Assembly: GCA_964416595.1 (NCBI GenBank)
Contig: CAYQES010000006.1
Coordinates: 44,414 to 108,413 of the forward strand
From: an uncultured Bdellovibrionales bacterium
Lineage (GTDB): Bacteria > Bdellovibrionota > UBA1018 > CAIPTA01
Length of the DNA: 64,000 bases
Direction: 5' to 3'
The notes under the pieces are model-generated. The model searched no databases. It saw only the letters and a list, made by a program, of their open reading frames with translations, and was not told where the DNA came from. Shown piece by piece: positions 49,845 through 59,190 of this stretch. Every line of letters begins with the position of its first letter. Position 1 is the first letter of the stretch. The translations under genes and the position numbers were made by a program.

Positions 49845-50219
49845 TTAAGCCGTGCCCTTCCCACTCGCCGTGATCGCTCGGCCCTCGAAATGCGCGCCGA
49901 ACTTCACTTCGAACTTAGGCGAGCTCACATCGCCAATTAACCGCCCCGATTCGGAAACAGTCACCTTGGTTTTGGCGCTCACATTTCCGTGCACGAAACC
50001 GTCGATGATGATTTCGTCACCTTCCATCTCCCCATGGATAGTGGCGGTTTCTCCTACCACAATCATGCTGCCGGGAAGACCTCGCACGCGGCCTTCCACG
50101 CGGCCGTGGATGCGGGTCATGCGGTCAAAGGTAACATCGCCTTTTAATAAAGATCCTTGGCTAAGAAGCGTGACTTCGGATTCCAGTTGGCGCCCGGGGA
50201 TTGCGTGCACGTCCATCAT
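49845..50219 (-). CDS. Bactofilin-family cytoskeletal protein
   Basis: A repetitive beta-helical bactofilin (DUF583) core is present: GDVTFDRMTRIHGRVEGRVRG...VVGETATIHGEMEGDEIIIDGFVHGNVS. Confidence 0.7.
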   Translation of the reverse strand: MMDVHAIPGRQLESEVTLLSQGSLLKGDVTFDRMTRIHGRVEGRVRGLPGSMIVVGETATIHGEMEGDEIIIDGFVHGNVSAKTKVTVSESGRLIGDVSSPKFEVKFGAHFEGRAITASGKGTA

Positions 50220-51016
50220 CGGAAATCCTCCACGTGGGTATTGCCTAGCACTTTGCCGTCGGTGCCGAAGAGTAGGATTTGGTAATGGGCTTTTTTGTTT
50301 TCCAAGGGAGCTGCAGTAAAAGTAGCCCGGGCTTGGCGGAAGCGGGAAATAGCAAAGGTCTCACCGCGGGTGAAATCCAGCACGATATTTTGCGTGGGGC
50401 TAAATACACCCGGAGGATAAGAGAGCACAAGATCCTGGGTTTTGGCGAGCACCACGATGTAACCGCGGGCTTGCCGTTGGCTAGGATCTACATTGTGCAA
50501 TTCAAAATCCAATAAAACTTGTTTATTTCCCGCTTCCCGGTTGATCTTAGGATTCTTGATCCGCACGAGGGATTCGTTTTCGGGCACTAAACTTGAGCGG
50601 GGCCCAAAAAACTGCAAGAGGCTCTGGCTGTTGTTGGCGCCTAAGTCTTTGCGCCCGTCGATCTGGCTATTGATCCTGGCGATATCTTCCCTTAAGCCCG
50701 CCACTTCTTTTTGTAATTCACTGTCGCTCGCTGCGGGAGGGGCCGTGGCGGTGGTTTTTAGTTGCTGCCAGAGGGAGCTAGAAGGGGCGGCGGTTTCTTC
50801 GGATTTAGTAGACGAAGATGGATTGCTATTTCCCAGCCAAAGACCGAACGAAATGATTGAGGCCAGAATCGCAAAGGCGAAGAGAAACCCGAGGGTTGTG
50901 ATCGACCGATGGAAAGCAGGTAAAGAAAGCCGGAAAGATCGGGGGCTTCCGTTTCCGCGTAAGAGCACGATGGTAAGATCGTCGGAAGATTTGGCTTTCT
51001 TTTTGTTAGTATTCAA
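50216..51016 (-). CDS. Hypothetical membrane-anchored protein co-transcribed with bactofilin
   Basis: The stop overlaps the bactofilin start (ATGA). The transmembrane helix is ITTLGFLFAFAILASIISFGLWL. Confidence 0.5.
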   Translation of the reverse strand: MNTNKKKAKSSDDLTIVLLRGNGSPRSFRLSLPAFHRSITTLGFLFAFAILASIISFGLWLGNSNPSSSTKSEETAAPSSSLWQQLKTTATAPPAASDSELQKEVAGLREDIARINSQIDGRKDLGANNSQSLLQFFGPRSSLVPENESLVRIKNPKINREAGNKQVLLDFELHNVDPSQRQARGYIVVLAKTQDLVLSYPPGVFSPTQNIVLDFTRGETFAISRFRQARATFTAAPLENKKAHYQILLFGTDGKVLGNTHVEDFR

Positions 51017-51111
51017 GGGGATTGCTCTCTTTATCGTTATGCTAAGGAGAAGCTGACTTCAAGTCAAATCCTGTTTTTTGACAGGGGGTTGCGAGAGAAG
51101 TACACTAATAG

Positions 51112-52488
51112 ATGGAGCCAAGAAGGTTCCGTCTTGGGGGGAAGCACAGGATGCGCGTTCTCTGGGTTGACGCAAATGATAATCCTTGGACAGAGTCCAA
51201 GGGCTGGCAAGTGCTGGAAGATTTTGGTCTCCATGTGCTGCGGGTGCCAACGGCAGCGGAGGCCCAAGAGCTTTTAAGCGGCAAAGATTTTGATCTCTTG
51301 CTTGTGCGCGCTGAAATTCCCGATGCCCTTTCTTTTTTCAACAAAGCTCGCAAATTTTTAGCCAAAGATCCACGGCGCATTGTGCTCGCATCAAGCGAAT
51401 GGAGCAAAGATCAATTTAAACAGCATTCCAAGGGCAAGGATTCTGCTCACCGCTACGCCCGCATTCCGATGCCGCCCATGGGTTTTGTGAAATTAGTGGC
51501 CGATGTGTTTGGCTGCAGCGTGGATCAGTTAGCAAATTTCCGGGTTGAGCCTGAAGAGGTTTCTGCGGAAATTTCTGTGGAAACGGAAAAGCCTCTTTTG
51601 AAGAAAAAAGAAATTTCTGTGAGTCCGAATGAATCTTCGGAAGTTTTGCAAAAGTATTTGCGCATGCGGGAAGAGCAATTAGAAATTTCCGAAGGTGAGC
51701 GGGAAGAGTTAGCTCTCGAGAATGAACGTTTACAAAAAGAAGCTCATCAATTGCAATTAAGGATGCGGGAACTTGAGCACCTCCACGAAGAGCTCGCACA
51801 AAAGCTCCAAAGCATGGATGAAGAGCAAAGAGCCAAAGCCCAGGAGTGGGAGCGGGAGCGGGAAGCGAAGGAGCAAGAAGAGCGCTTAAATGCCGATCGT
51901 TTACGCCATCTAGAAGGGCAACTCGGTGAAGCTGGGGAAAAATACGAAAATCTTCGGGTACGGGTGCGAAAAGACATCCGCAAGATCCGAGAGAATGAAC
52001 GGGATTTAGAAGCGCGTTTGGAGCTTTTACGAAAAGATTCGGAAACTTTATTACAAGCTCGGGACGAAAAAGTGCTCGAGATGCAGCGGAAAATCGACGC
52101 CCTAGAGTTTGATTTGGACCAAGTGCAAGACGGCCGGGTGCAAGCCCAGATGGAAGCGGAACGCTATTTAGCAAAACTTTCGCGAGTGGCCCGTGCCCTA
52201 CACATTGCTGTGGGAATGATCGAAGAAGACGCGATCACGGAAGACGCATTGGCCGAATTTGAACCGAGCATGGGTGGCGCTGCCATGGCAGAGGAAGTTC
52301 CTGCGGCGGCGAGCCCCGTGGCACCAGCTCCTGTTGCGCAAAGCCCAGCTCAAGAAGAGGCGGCGGCGGAGCAAGATGCATTATCTGCGGAGCTTGCGGC
52401 TTTGGCAGCCGACGGAGAGCCCACCAAAATGCTCAGCGCCGAAGAATTACAAGAAATGGACGGAGAGCCCGAGTCGTCTTCAGGATAA
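51112..52488 (+). CDS. Pseudo-receiver (degenerate CheY-like) domain protein with a long coiled-coil and acidic C-terminus
   Basis: The receiver-like fold is RVLWVDANDN...DFDLLLVRAEIPD. Arg sits at the phospho-Asp position. About 250 aa of heptad-like E/R/K/L/Q-rich sequence follows. An alternative start is the ATG at 51151. Confidence 0.5.
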   Translation: MEPRRFRLGGKHRMRVLWVDANDNPWTESKGWQVLEDFGLHVLRVPTAAEAQELLSGKDFDLLLVRAEIPDALSFFNKARKFLAKDPRRIVLASSEWSKDQFKQHSKGKDSAHRYARIPMPPMGFVKLVADVFGCSVDQLANFRVEPEEVSAEISVETEKPLLKKKEISVSPNESSEVLQKYLRMREEQLEISEGEREELALENERLQKEAHQLQLRMRELEHLHEELAQKLQSMDEEQRAKAQEWEREREAKEQEERLNADRLRHLEGQLGEAGEKYENLRVRVRKDIRKIRENERDLEARLELLRKDSETLLQARDEKVLEMQRKIDALEFDLDQVQDGRVQAQMEAERYLAKLSRVARALHIAVGMIEEDAITEDALAEFEPSMGGAAMAEEVPAAASPVAPAPVAQSPAQEEAAAEQDALSAELAALAADGEPTKMLSAEELQEMDGEPESSSG

Positions 52489-52510
52489 GTGCGGCTAGGG
52501 TAAGCTTAAG

Positions 52511-53359
52511 ATGGCCAAGGATAACGATAGATTGTTGCTTGCGCTCTGTTTGGAATTATCTTCCGCAAAAGAGAGCTTGGCGGCCCTTGAGGCCATGGGC
52601 CGTTATTTGAAAAGCCGCTTCAAGCCCGCGTTCCAAGAGCAGCGGGATTACGATAAGAGCGAAAGCACTGAGTGTAAGATTTTTACTGTGCAAGGGCGGG
52701 ACTGTAAATTCGTACTCTCCTTACCACTACCTGTTTTATTTGAATTAAAAGATTGCGCGGATTTACCCACAGATTTCGAATTGGATGTGCTCGAAAAAAC
52801 CTGTCACTTTTTCCGGGAGCGCATGGAAACGATCGCGGAGCTGCGGGGCCTCACGCATACGGATGATCTTACGGGCCTCTACAACCAGCGCTACCTTGAG
52901 TTGATTTTGGATCGAGAACTTTCGCTTTCCAAACGGAATAACACAGAATTTTCCGTTCTCTTTTTGGATCTCGATCATTTTAAAAACGTGAACGACTCCC
53001 ACGGCCATTTGATTGGTAGTCGCTTGTTGTTTGAGGTGGGCCAGGAAATCAAACGCACCTTACGGGATTCCGATATTACCTTCCGTTACGGTGGAGATGA
53101 ATTCGTGATCATCCTTTCCCACACAGGCTTGGATGATGCCATGTTTGTGGCCGAACGGATTCGCTCACAGATCGAGAAGAAGCGTTTTTTGGTTCGGGAA
53201 AATATGGAAATCCGTTTGACCGCCAGCATCGGTGTGGCCACGGTGCCATTGCATGCAGGCACCAAACAACAAATCCTCAAAGCGGCCGACGAAGCCCTCT
53301 ACGGCGTGAAAAAAGCCGTGCGCAACAAGGTGATCGCCGCCACTGCGCCGAAGGGCTAA
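52511..53359 (+). CDS. GGDEF-domain diguanylate cyclase with an uncharacterised N-terminal domain
   Basis: An intact RYGGDEF active site and DxLT motif (DDLTGLYNQRY) are present. Confidence 0.85.
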   Translation: MAKDNDRLLLALCLELSSAKESLAALEAMGRYLKSRFKPAFQEQRDYDKSESTECKIFTVQGRDCKFVLSLPLPVLFELKDCADLPTDFELDVLEKTCHFFRERMETIAELRGLTHTDDLTGLYNQRYLELILDRELSLSKRNNTEFSVLFLDLDHFKNVNDSHGHLIGSRLLFEVGQEIKRTLRDSDITFRYGGDEFVIILSHTGLDDAMFVAERIRSQIEKKRFLVRENMEIRLTASIGVATVPLHAGTKQQILKAADEALYGVKKAVRNKVIAATAPKG

Positions 53360-53362
53360 GCC

Positions 53363-54478
53363 TTGAAACGCGTAAAAGTAATCGTAAGCGATTTTCATTT
53401 GGGTAAAGGGCCATTGCTGAAAGATGGCACCGTAAACATTTTGGAAGATTTTCGTTTTGGTCCTTCGTTTGTGGAGTTTCTAAATTACTACCGCACGGGC
53501 GAATATGAAAACTGCGAAGTGGAGCTCGTGATCAACGGCGATTTTTTGAATCTTCTGCAGATCGATTATTTCGGCGTGCACAGCTATTTGATTACGGAAC
53601 GCATGGTGAATCACGCGGTGAGGTCTATCTTGGATGGGCATGCGGAAGTTTTTCAGGCTTTGCGTGAGTTTGCTTCCACTCCTCATCATGCGATTGCTTA
53701 TATTATCGGCAACCACGATATTGGTTTGCTATTTGATGGGCCGCGGAAATTGTTACGGGAAGCCGTTGGACCAAACTTACGTTTTTACGATACCTACTAT
53801 GAATTCGAGCGAGTGCGGGTAGAGCACGGTCATATGTACGAAGCCATCAACGCCACGAACCCCCAGCGATTTTCGTTGCGGGATCCCGATTACCCGGAGC
53901 CTGTGTTGAATTTGCCCTGGGCATCTTTATTCGTGACAATCTTTTTGCCGAAGATCAAAAAAGAGCGGCCATTTGTGGATAAGGTGAAACCGTTCACGGG
54001 CTATATGCGCTGGGCTTGGCTGCACGACACTTTCTTCGCGCTGCGGATTTCTTTTTTTATTTTATTGTCGTTTTTGCGAATGCTTTCGTTGGCCCGGAAA
54101 CATCCATTGCTGGATTTTAAGATCAGCTTGGCGCGGCTAAAGGGAACCACGATTTATCCGAGCTTCGTGAAGGAGGCTAGGAAGATTTTGCGGCTAAATC
54201 CACATCTCCAGGCCGTGATCTTCGGTCACACCCATGTGCTTCGCTATCGGCAGTGGGGTGGGGGTAAGGAATATTTCAATACCGGAACTTGGAACGAAGT
54301 AACGAGTTTGGACATTGCGGATTTTGGTCTACAGACGTTGCTCACCTATGCATACGTGGAATTGCCAGAGGCTGGTAGCTCGGCGGAGGCTGGCCCCAAG
54401 GCGCGGATCCGCTTGAAAGAGTGGCGGGGCATGTGGCGGCCGGAGGTGGATACTAGCGTGATGCCGGTGGGGAGATAG
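53363..54478 (+). CDS. Membrane-associated metallophosphoesterase, 371 aa; paralog of 30874-31989
   Basis: The motifs are SDFHLG, GDFLN, GNHD and GHTHV. The internal hydrophobic stretch is FFALRISFFILLSFLRML. It has the same length and motif order as the 30874-31989 protein. Confidence 0.75.
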   Translation: MKRVKVIVSDFHLGKGPLLKDGTVNILEDFRFGPSFVEFLNYYRTGEYENCEVELVINGDFLNLLQIDYFGVHSYLITERMVNHAVRSILDGHAEVFQALREFASTPHHAIAYIIGNHDIGLLFDGPRKLLREAVGPNLRFYDTYYEFERVRVEHGHMYEAINATNPQRFSLRDPDYPEPVLNLPWASLFVTIFLPKIKKERPFVDKVKPFTGYMRWAWLHDTFFALRISFFILLSFLRMLSLARKHPLLDFKISLARLKGTTIYPSFVKEARKILRLNPHLQAVIFGHTHVLRYRQWGGGKEYFNTGTWNEVTSLDIADFGLQTLLTYAYVELPEAGSSAEAGPKARIRLKEWRGMWRPEVDTSVMPVGR

Positions 54479-54588
54479 GTTGTAGAGGCATACGGCATCG
54501 TCACTTTGTATTGGCTAGGCCACTACAAAAAAACCTAGCAGCAAAATACAGAGTCCGTGCATCCCCCAGTAGGGTGGAGCTAGTGTAT

Positions 54589-55857
54589 TCATAATTCCAA
54601 AATAGAAAATAAGTTCGCGTCTTCCATGGCATTTTGCGTAGCCCTTTGGGCTTCGCGGTTCATCTGTTTTATTTGCGGGTCAGACAAAACTTTTTCCACT
54701 GCTTGAGCAATACGCTGGGCCCCCGCTTTTCTTAAAGGGAGCACTAATCCTAACTGACGATCTTTTATTCTCTGCGCGATGAAGGGTTGATCATTGGTGA
54801 TTGGAATGCAAACCATTGGCACGCCAAAGTAAATGCATTCCGCCACGCTATTGGCCCCCCCGTGCGTGATCATGCACGCCGCGTATGTGAGCACGGAAAT
54901 TTGGTCCACAAATGGCACGAGTTCTACATTCGGCGGCAAGCCTTCTAATTCCTTTAGCTGGGTGTTATATCGCCAGGCACCGCGGGAAAGGAGAAATTTT
55001 CGATGGGGGAGCAGGGTCGCCGCCTCGATCACATTCTGGTAGAGATCCAGTAAACCTGTCTGGAGAGTACCAAAAGAGCAATACACCAAATTTGGGTCGC
55101 GCTCCGTAACCACATTTTTTGCATGATCCAGTAAGCGCATGGGCCCGAGGTAATGCATCGACCTCTGCTCCCGGGGTAAAGGTCGCATGGGAAAATCTAG
55201 AAACTCGGGCATCTGCGTGAGCGTGAGAAGCGGAGAATAACTTTCCCGTAAAGAACAAAAAGTCGGTTGCCCATTGGATTTAGCCAAGTGATTGCCCTCT
55301 CGCAGAATCATTCCATACCAAGATTCCAGTACGAGATGCATCACTTTATTCAACCATCGCCGCCAACGGGAATTTGATTTATAACCCCAGGGTGCGCCGG
55401 GGGGGGGATACTGAGGGTCTAAAGAAAGGGGAAAGTGAATGGCGCAAGCGAAGGAATAAAAAGGCACACCCACCGCCTGGGCGATGGCTGCTCCCTGAAA
55501 CTGCAACTGGTCCACCAAAAATTTATCAATTCCTAAGGCGCGTGCGTGGCTCGGAATTTCCTTGCACATCATCTGCGCGAGGCGCCGATGAAGGAGGCCA
55601 GTGCGTAGGGTGGTCAAAAGCCCGTGGCCGCGGGAGAGTTTACCCCACTCTCTTTCCATCGAACCTAAAGGAAAAGTTTTTTGGCCAATTTCCACCGCTT
55701 CGACGCCTTGCTGACGTACAAGGGCAAGAGAATCGGCTAGTGTAAAAACGGTGACGCGATGGCCTCGTTTCCTCAAAATCCGCCCCAAATTGCATAAGGG
55801 GAGCAAATGTCCAGGCACCGGCGAACTAATGATTCCGAAATGATGGGTGGATTTCAA
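54589..55857 (-). CDS. GT1-family UDP-glycosyltransferase (MGT / CrtX / RhlB-like)
   Basis: The N-terminus is SSPVPGHLLP. The UDP-sugar-binding signature is HGGANSVAECIYFGVPMVCIPITNDQPFIAQR. Confidence 0.75.
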   Translation of the reverse strand: MKSTHHFGIISSPVPGHLLPLCNLGRILRKRGHRVTVFTLADSLALVRQQGVEAVEIGQKTFPLGSMEREWGKLSRGHGLLTTLRTGLLHRRLAQMMCKEIPSHARALGIDKFLVDQLQFQGAAIAQAVGVPFYSFACAIHFPLSLDPQYPPPGAPWGYKSNSRWRRWLNKVMHLVLESWYGMILREGNHLAKSNGQPTFCSLRESYSPLLTLTQMPEFLDFPMRPLPREQRSMHYLGPMRLLDHAKNVVTERDPNLVYCSFGTLQTGLLDLYQNVIEAATLLPHRKFLLSRGAWRYNTQLKELEGLPPNVELVPFVDQISVLTYAACMITHGGANSVAECIYFGVPMVCIPITNDQPFIAQRIKDRQLGLVLPLRKAGAQRIAQAVEKVLSDPQIKQMNREAQRATQNAMEDANLFSILEL

Positions 55858-56921
55858 TGGTTCTTCCTCTCACGCATCCATTCGCGCCCAACCCGGCCTA
55901 GGGTATGCCAGAAGGAAACGCGTAAGCTGTTGTGAAAGGCGTGGGGTGGTTGGATTTTTTCTAGGGCCAACGCGTGGGCTGCGGGCAAGGAGTAGTAGGG
56001 AATGCCCGGGAAAAGATGATGGGTGGCGTGGAAATTCAAATGGAAGGGGGCCCAGATCCACGCCAAGCTGCTGCGCTCTACCACGTTCGTGCCGGCGAGG
56101 TGCACGTCCAAATAATGCTCTTTTTCCGTAAAACCCACGTGATAGTTATGTAAAACGAGCGTGCGCACAAATGCTGTCGCTGAAGAAAAAGCCACGCCAA
56201 AATACCATACCAATAATAACTTCGGATTATGAAAGGTCCAGGTGGCGCCAATTTGGACCATTGTGATCACTAGGCACGCGAGGTCAGCGCGGAGCATCTC
56301 GCTTGCCTCCTCGGGGTCTGGACCCACACGCTGGAATCCACTTTCAAATTGAATCGTAGACCACCGGCGAAAAACAAAATCACGCGCGCGCTTTCCCACT
56401 AGTACCCAGCCAATCGTAACGAAGCTGAAACGCAACAAAAGGATCAGCGGAGAAGCCAAAGGCTCAAGCACAATCTTAAACGGCAAAAAAAACCAAGGAT
56501 TCTTTTCCCGCAAGTCAAAATGTTCCGGATCGTCAATAGTGCCAAACCTATGCGCCGAATGGTGCACTCGGTGCAGGCGAAATAAATAGATTGGCAGCCT
56601 CAGCCAGTAGCCGAGAAATAGATCGTAGATCCTAGCCAAATGAGAAACTTTCATTTCTAAATGTACCACCTCGTGAGCAAAACCAATCGCACGGGAAATT
56701 AAAATGATGCTAATGAGGAAAAAAATAAAATTTAGCGGTTTTGAATTCCAGCTGTAGCAGGCGAGAAAGAATCCCAACCACGCGAGGCTTGCCACCAAGA
56801 AGAAATCGCGGAAAATGCGCCCGTGGGATACGAAAAAAAGTGAACGTTGCTGAGAGGCTTCCCTTAGTTCCGTCATAGAAATACTGTCAGACCAATTGAC
56901 TTTCTGACCACTAGTGTTCAT
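55854..56921 (-). CDS. Membrane fatty-acid-desaturase-family di-iron enzyme (His boxes HEVVH / HRVHH / HATHH)
   Basis: Three His boxes with desaturase spacing and multiple transmembrane segments are present. The stop overlaps the downstream GT start by 4 nt. Confidence 0.75.
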   Translation of the reverse strand: MNTSGQKVNWSDSISMTELREASQQRSLFFVSHGRIFRDFFLVASLAWLGFFLACYSWNSKPLNFIFFLISIILISRAIGFAHEVVHLEMKVSHLARIYDLFLGYWLRLPIYLFRLHRVHHSAHRFGTIDDPEHFDLREKNPWFFLPFKIVLEPLASPLILLLRFSFVTIGWVLVGKRARDFVFRRWSTIQFESGFQRVGPDPEEASEMLRADLACLVITMVQIGATWTFHNPKLLLVWYFGVAFSSATAFVRTLVLHNYHVGFTEKEHYLDVHLAGTNVVERSSLAWIWAPFHLNFHATHHLFPGIPYYSLPAAHALALEKIQPPHAFHNSLRVSFWHTLGRVGREWMRERKNH

Positions 56922-57832
56922 GTAATACTGCTCCGGTACGGAGCTACCGCGAAGAGATGTTCCCGCTCTAAGGATTCCGTGAGAGTGCGGTGGCCTGATT
57001 TCTCGATAAGAGTGCGAATTTTTTTCAGTCGCTCACCGATTCTTCCTTCCCAATCAATTTCCCGCAAGAAATCTTCTTTTTCATTGTTGGTCATGGCCCT
57101 GCCTTCGGCTTCTATCGCTTGGCTTACCCAGTTGGCACTCACCAAGGCTTTCATGAAAATTCGCGTGGCTTCAAAAATCCTATCGTGGTCATTAGCAGAA
57201 ACAGTCGATTGCGACCAGAGGAGTAAACCGCTCCCATGGTGATTGGCTTCGTCTTGAAGCACATTGGTAAAAACTGCTCTTAGTTGAGGATCTTTACAGC
57301 CCTCTCGTAAACTATGGTAGTGCATAATTCCGAAACCCTCGAGCAGCACTTGCACGATAAAAATAAGCACTTCACGACTACTCCCAGTGATGATTTCGGA
57401 TAGTGCGGGCAGTAGGGGGTGAAATTCATATTTTGAACCGGGTTGCTCCACGAGAAAGAGTTCGATCATTTTGCGGTGGAGAGTTTCTTCACCAACCATC
57501 AGGGAGTATAACGACTTTTCTTCTACCGATTCCGCCAAGAGAATCATTTTGGCGCCGAAGTGCAGTCCCGATTTTTCAATGAAGTAAGCGAGCGTAAGGC
57601 TCTGTTGGCTCAACCTCCGCAGCACCTGTTCGCGGGATGCGGAGCTCATCGAGCGAAAAATAGCACTGCGATCTAGCCCCCACTGAGTATCATCCCAATA
57701 TTGGCCCGCAAAATCAGCGCCAGGAAGCGGAAGCTCTATTTTCTTACGCAGAACAGAATCCAATAAAGCGGTAAGACGAGAATCCACGGAAAGATTAGGA
57801 GCGCTTAAACCGGAGGTGAAGTTAATTTTCAT
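56918..57832 (-). CDS. Ferritin-like di-iron-carboxylate protein (putative oxygenase/desaturase)
   Basis: Two E-x-x-H motifs (EETLH, DEANHH) and additional conserved Glu (YFIEKSG, LLEGFG) suggest a four-helix-bundle di-iron site. Confidence 0.45.
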   Translation of the reverse strand: MKINFTSGLSAPNLSVDSRLTALLDSVLRKKIELPLPGADFAGQYWDDTQWGLDRSAIFRSMSSASREQVLRRLSQQSLTLAYFIEKSGLHFGAKMILLAESVEEKSLYSLMVGEETLHRKMIELFLVEQPGSKYEFHPLLPALSEIITGSSREVLIFIVQVLLEGFGIMHYHSLREGCKDPQLRAVFTNVLQDEANHHGSGLLLWSQSTVSANDHDRIFEATRIFMKALVSANWVSQAIEAEGRAMTNNEKEDFLREIDWEGRIGERLKKIRTLIEKSGHRTLTESLEREHLFAVAPYRSSIT

Positions 57833-58463
57833 GTGTCATCTCCACTTTTTGGTTGGGATACAAACGCGTGCCTGCCTCTACTTGCGCTTTTTCCGCAATA
57901 CATACACCGGGGGCAACGTGGCTCGCATAGCCGACCAGCGAACGAGCGCCGATCGTGAGGGGTTTATAATAGACGAGAATGCGTTCGTGCGTCCTCTTCA
58001 CGATGTGGCCGGAGAGGGTTACGTCGTTTCCAAAAATGACAAAGTTGCCTAACTTAAGTGCGGTTCGATCAAATACCTGTACCCCCGGCGACCAAAAAAT
58101 GCCGGTGCCAATTTTACTTCCCCACAGCCGCAGCCAGAAACTAAACGCACCAGGGAAAAGCATCAGCATCCGTTCGAAGAATGAAAAGGAGATAAAAAAA
58201 ATCTGGAGACGGTTAGAGATGTACCAACTATTTGCGACCGCCTCCCGGCGTCCCACGTAACTTACGCCTTCGCGAATTGGGAAAAACAAAGCAAAAATTC
58301 GCCACAGGAGAAGCGGCAAAACAAAAATAACCATTGGCAACAGCGATAACTTAAGCCAACTAAAAGAAATGAAAGTGGAAGCCACCAGAACGCCGATTAT
58401 CAATAGATGCAAGGCCGGAAAAAATGTGGCCGCAGTTTCAAAGATCTTTGGAGGCTTGCGCAT
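57822..58463 (-). CDS. Membrane-anchored hexapeptide-repeat (left-handed beta-helix) acyl/acetyltransferase
   Basis: Two N-terminal transmembrane helices are present. The LbH repeats are IGTGIFWSPGVQVF, LGNFVIFGNDVTLSGHIV and IGARSLVGYASHVAPGVCIAEKAQV. Confidence 0.55.
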   Translation of the reverse strand: MRKPPKIFETAATFFPALHLLIIGVLVASTFISFSWLKLSLLPMVIFVLPLLLWRIFALFFPIREGVSYVGRREAVANSWYISNRLQIFFISFSFFERMLMLFPGAFSFWLRLWGSKIGTGIFWSPGVQVFDRTALKLGNFVIFGNDVTLSGHIVKRTHERILVYYKPLTIGARSLVGYASHVAPGVCIAEKAQVEAGTRLYPNQKVEMTHEN

Positions 58464-59190
58464 CGCCTAACCTTTCTGGGAAAAGGCGCACTAGCGAGCT
58501 GTAACGCGTGTTTTTTCCTTCTTTCAAAGCGACGAACTCATGAAAAATGGCCTCCATCAAATCGGCCGTAAGATCCAAGGAACGCAACATAACCGCTTCC
58601 ACTGCGCGCAGATCCTCGTCGGAATTAACAAATTGTTTAATCACTTCCGCCACTTCGATGGCATGGGTTTGGTCGATTTCTGCGTGTTGCACAAGAAAGC
58701 TCATTTGCTCGGGCTGCACTCCTAAAGAGCTAGTGAGCATCTTTAGGATCGGTTGAATGTATTCGTAAGATCGCTCTGCCCAGTAGCTATATCCCAGCCG
58801 GCCCAATGGATTTCCTTCGCGGGAAATTTGGTAAAGGTAGTCCACCAACGCTTGGGTTTCGGGCAGGGGCACGGGTAAATCATCGGGGGTGATCGACTGA
58901 CCAGAAATTTTTTGCAGATCGTAGAGAGCTAGGTTCTCGTGGCCTAATTCCTCGGTGGCGTGCTTTAGGCAATAACGGAGGTAATTGATATCAATATTCT
59001 CCGAACGCGCGGCCACCGCGGCTTGATTTTTCGCGTTGTGCCTAGTGTAGTGATAGGTTTCCACTAAATAAACTGCATAGAGTCTTAAATCAGCAAAGTT
59101 AGGCGATAGGGCTCGCAAGAGATTTGGACGATCCATGAGAGATCCCATGCGCGAGAGTAGGCTTTGGTCTAATGTATCCATTTTTTTCAC
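58438..59190 (-). CDS. Heme-oxygenase-like fold iron enzyme (HDO / iron-containing redox enzyme family, TenA/PqqC-like)
   Basis: An all-helical 250-aa protein with candidate metal ligands in TEELGHE and HAEIDQTHAIE. The start overlaps the upstream gene by 4 nt. Confidence 0.45.
   Translation of the reverse strand: MKKMDTLDQSLLSRMGSLMDRPNLLRALSPNFADLRLYAVYLVETYHYTRHNAKNQAAVAARSENIDINYLRYCLKHATEELGHENLALYDLQKISGQSITPDDLPVPLPETQALVDYLYQISREGNPLGRLGYSYWAERSYEYIQPILKMLTSSLGVQPEQMSFLVQHAEIDQTHAIEVAEVIKQFVNSDEDLRAVEAVMLRSLDLTADLMEAIFHEFVALKEGKNTRYSSLVRLFPERLGDAQASKDL

Noticed and set aside
54514-54539. GCTAGG ... CCTAGC inverted repeat between the convergent MPE and GT1 genes
   Set aside because: The loop is 14 nt and A-rich with 6-bp arms, which is weak for an intrinsic terminator. 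It was left uncalled.
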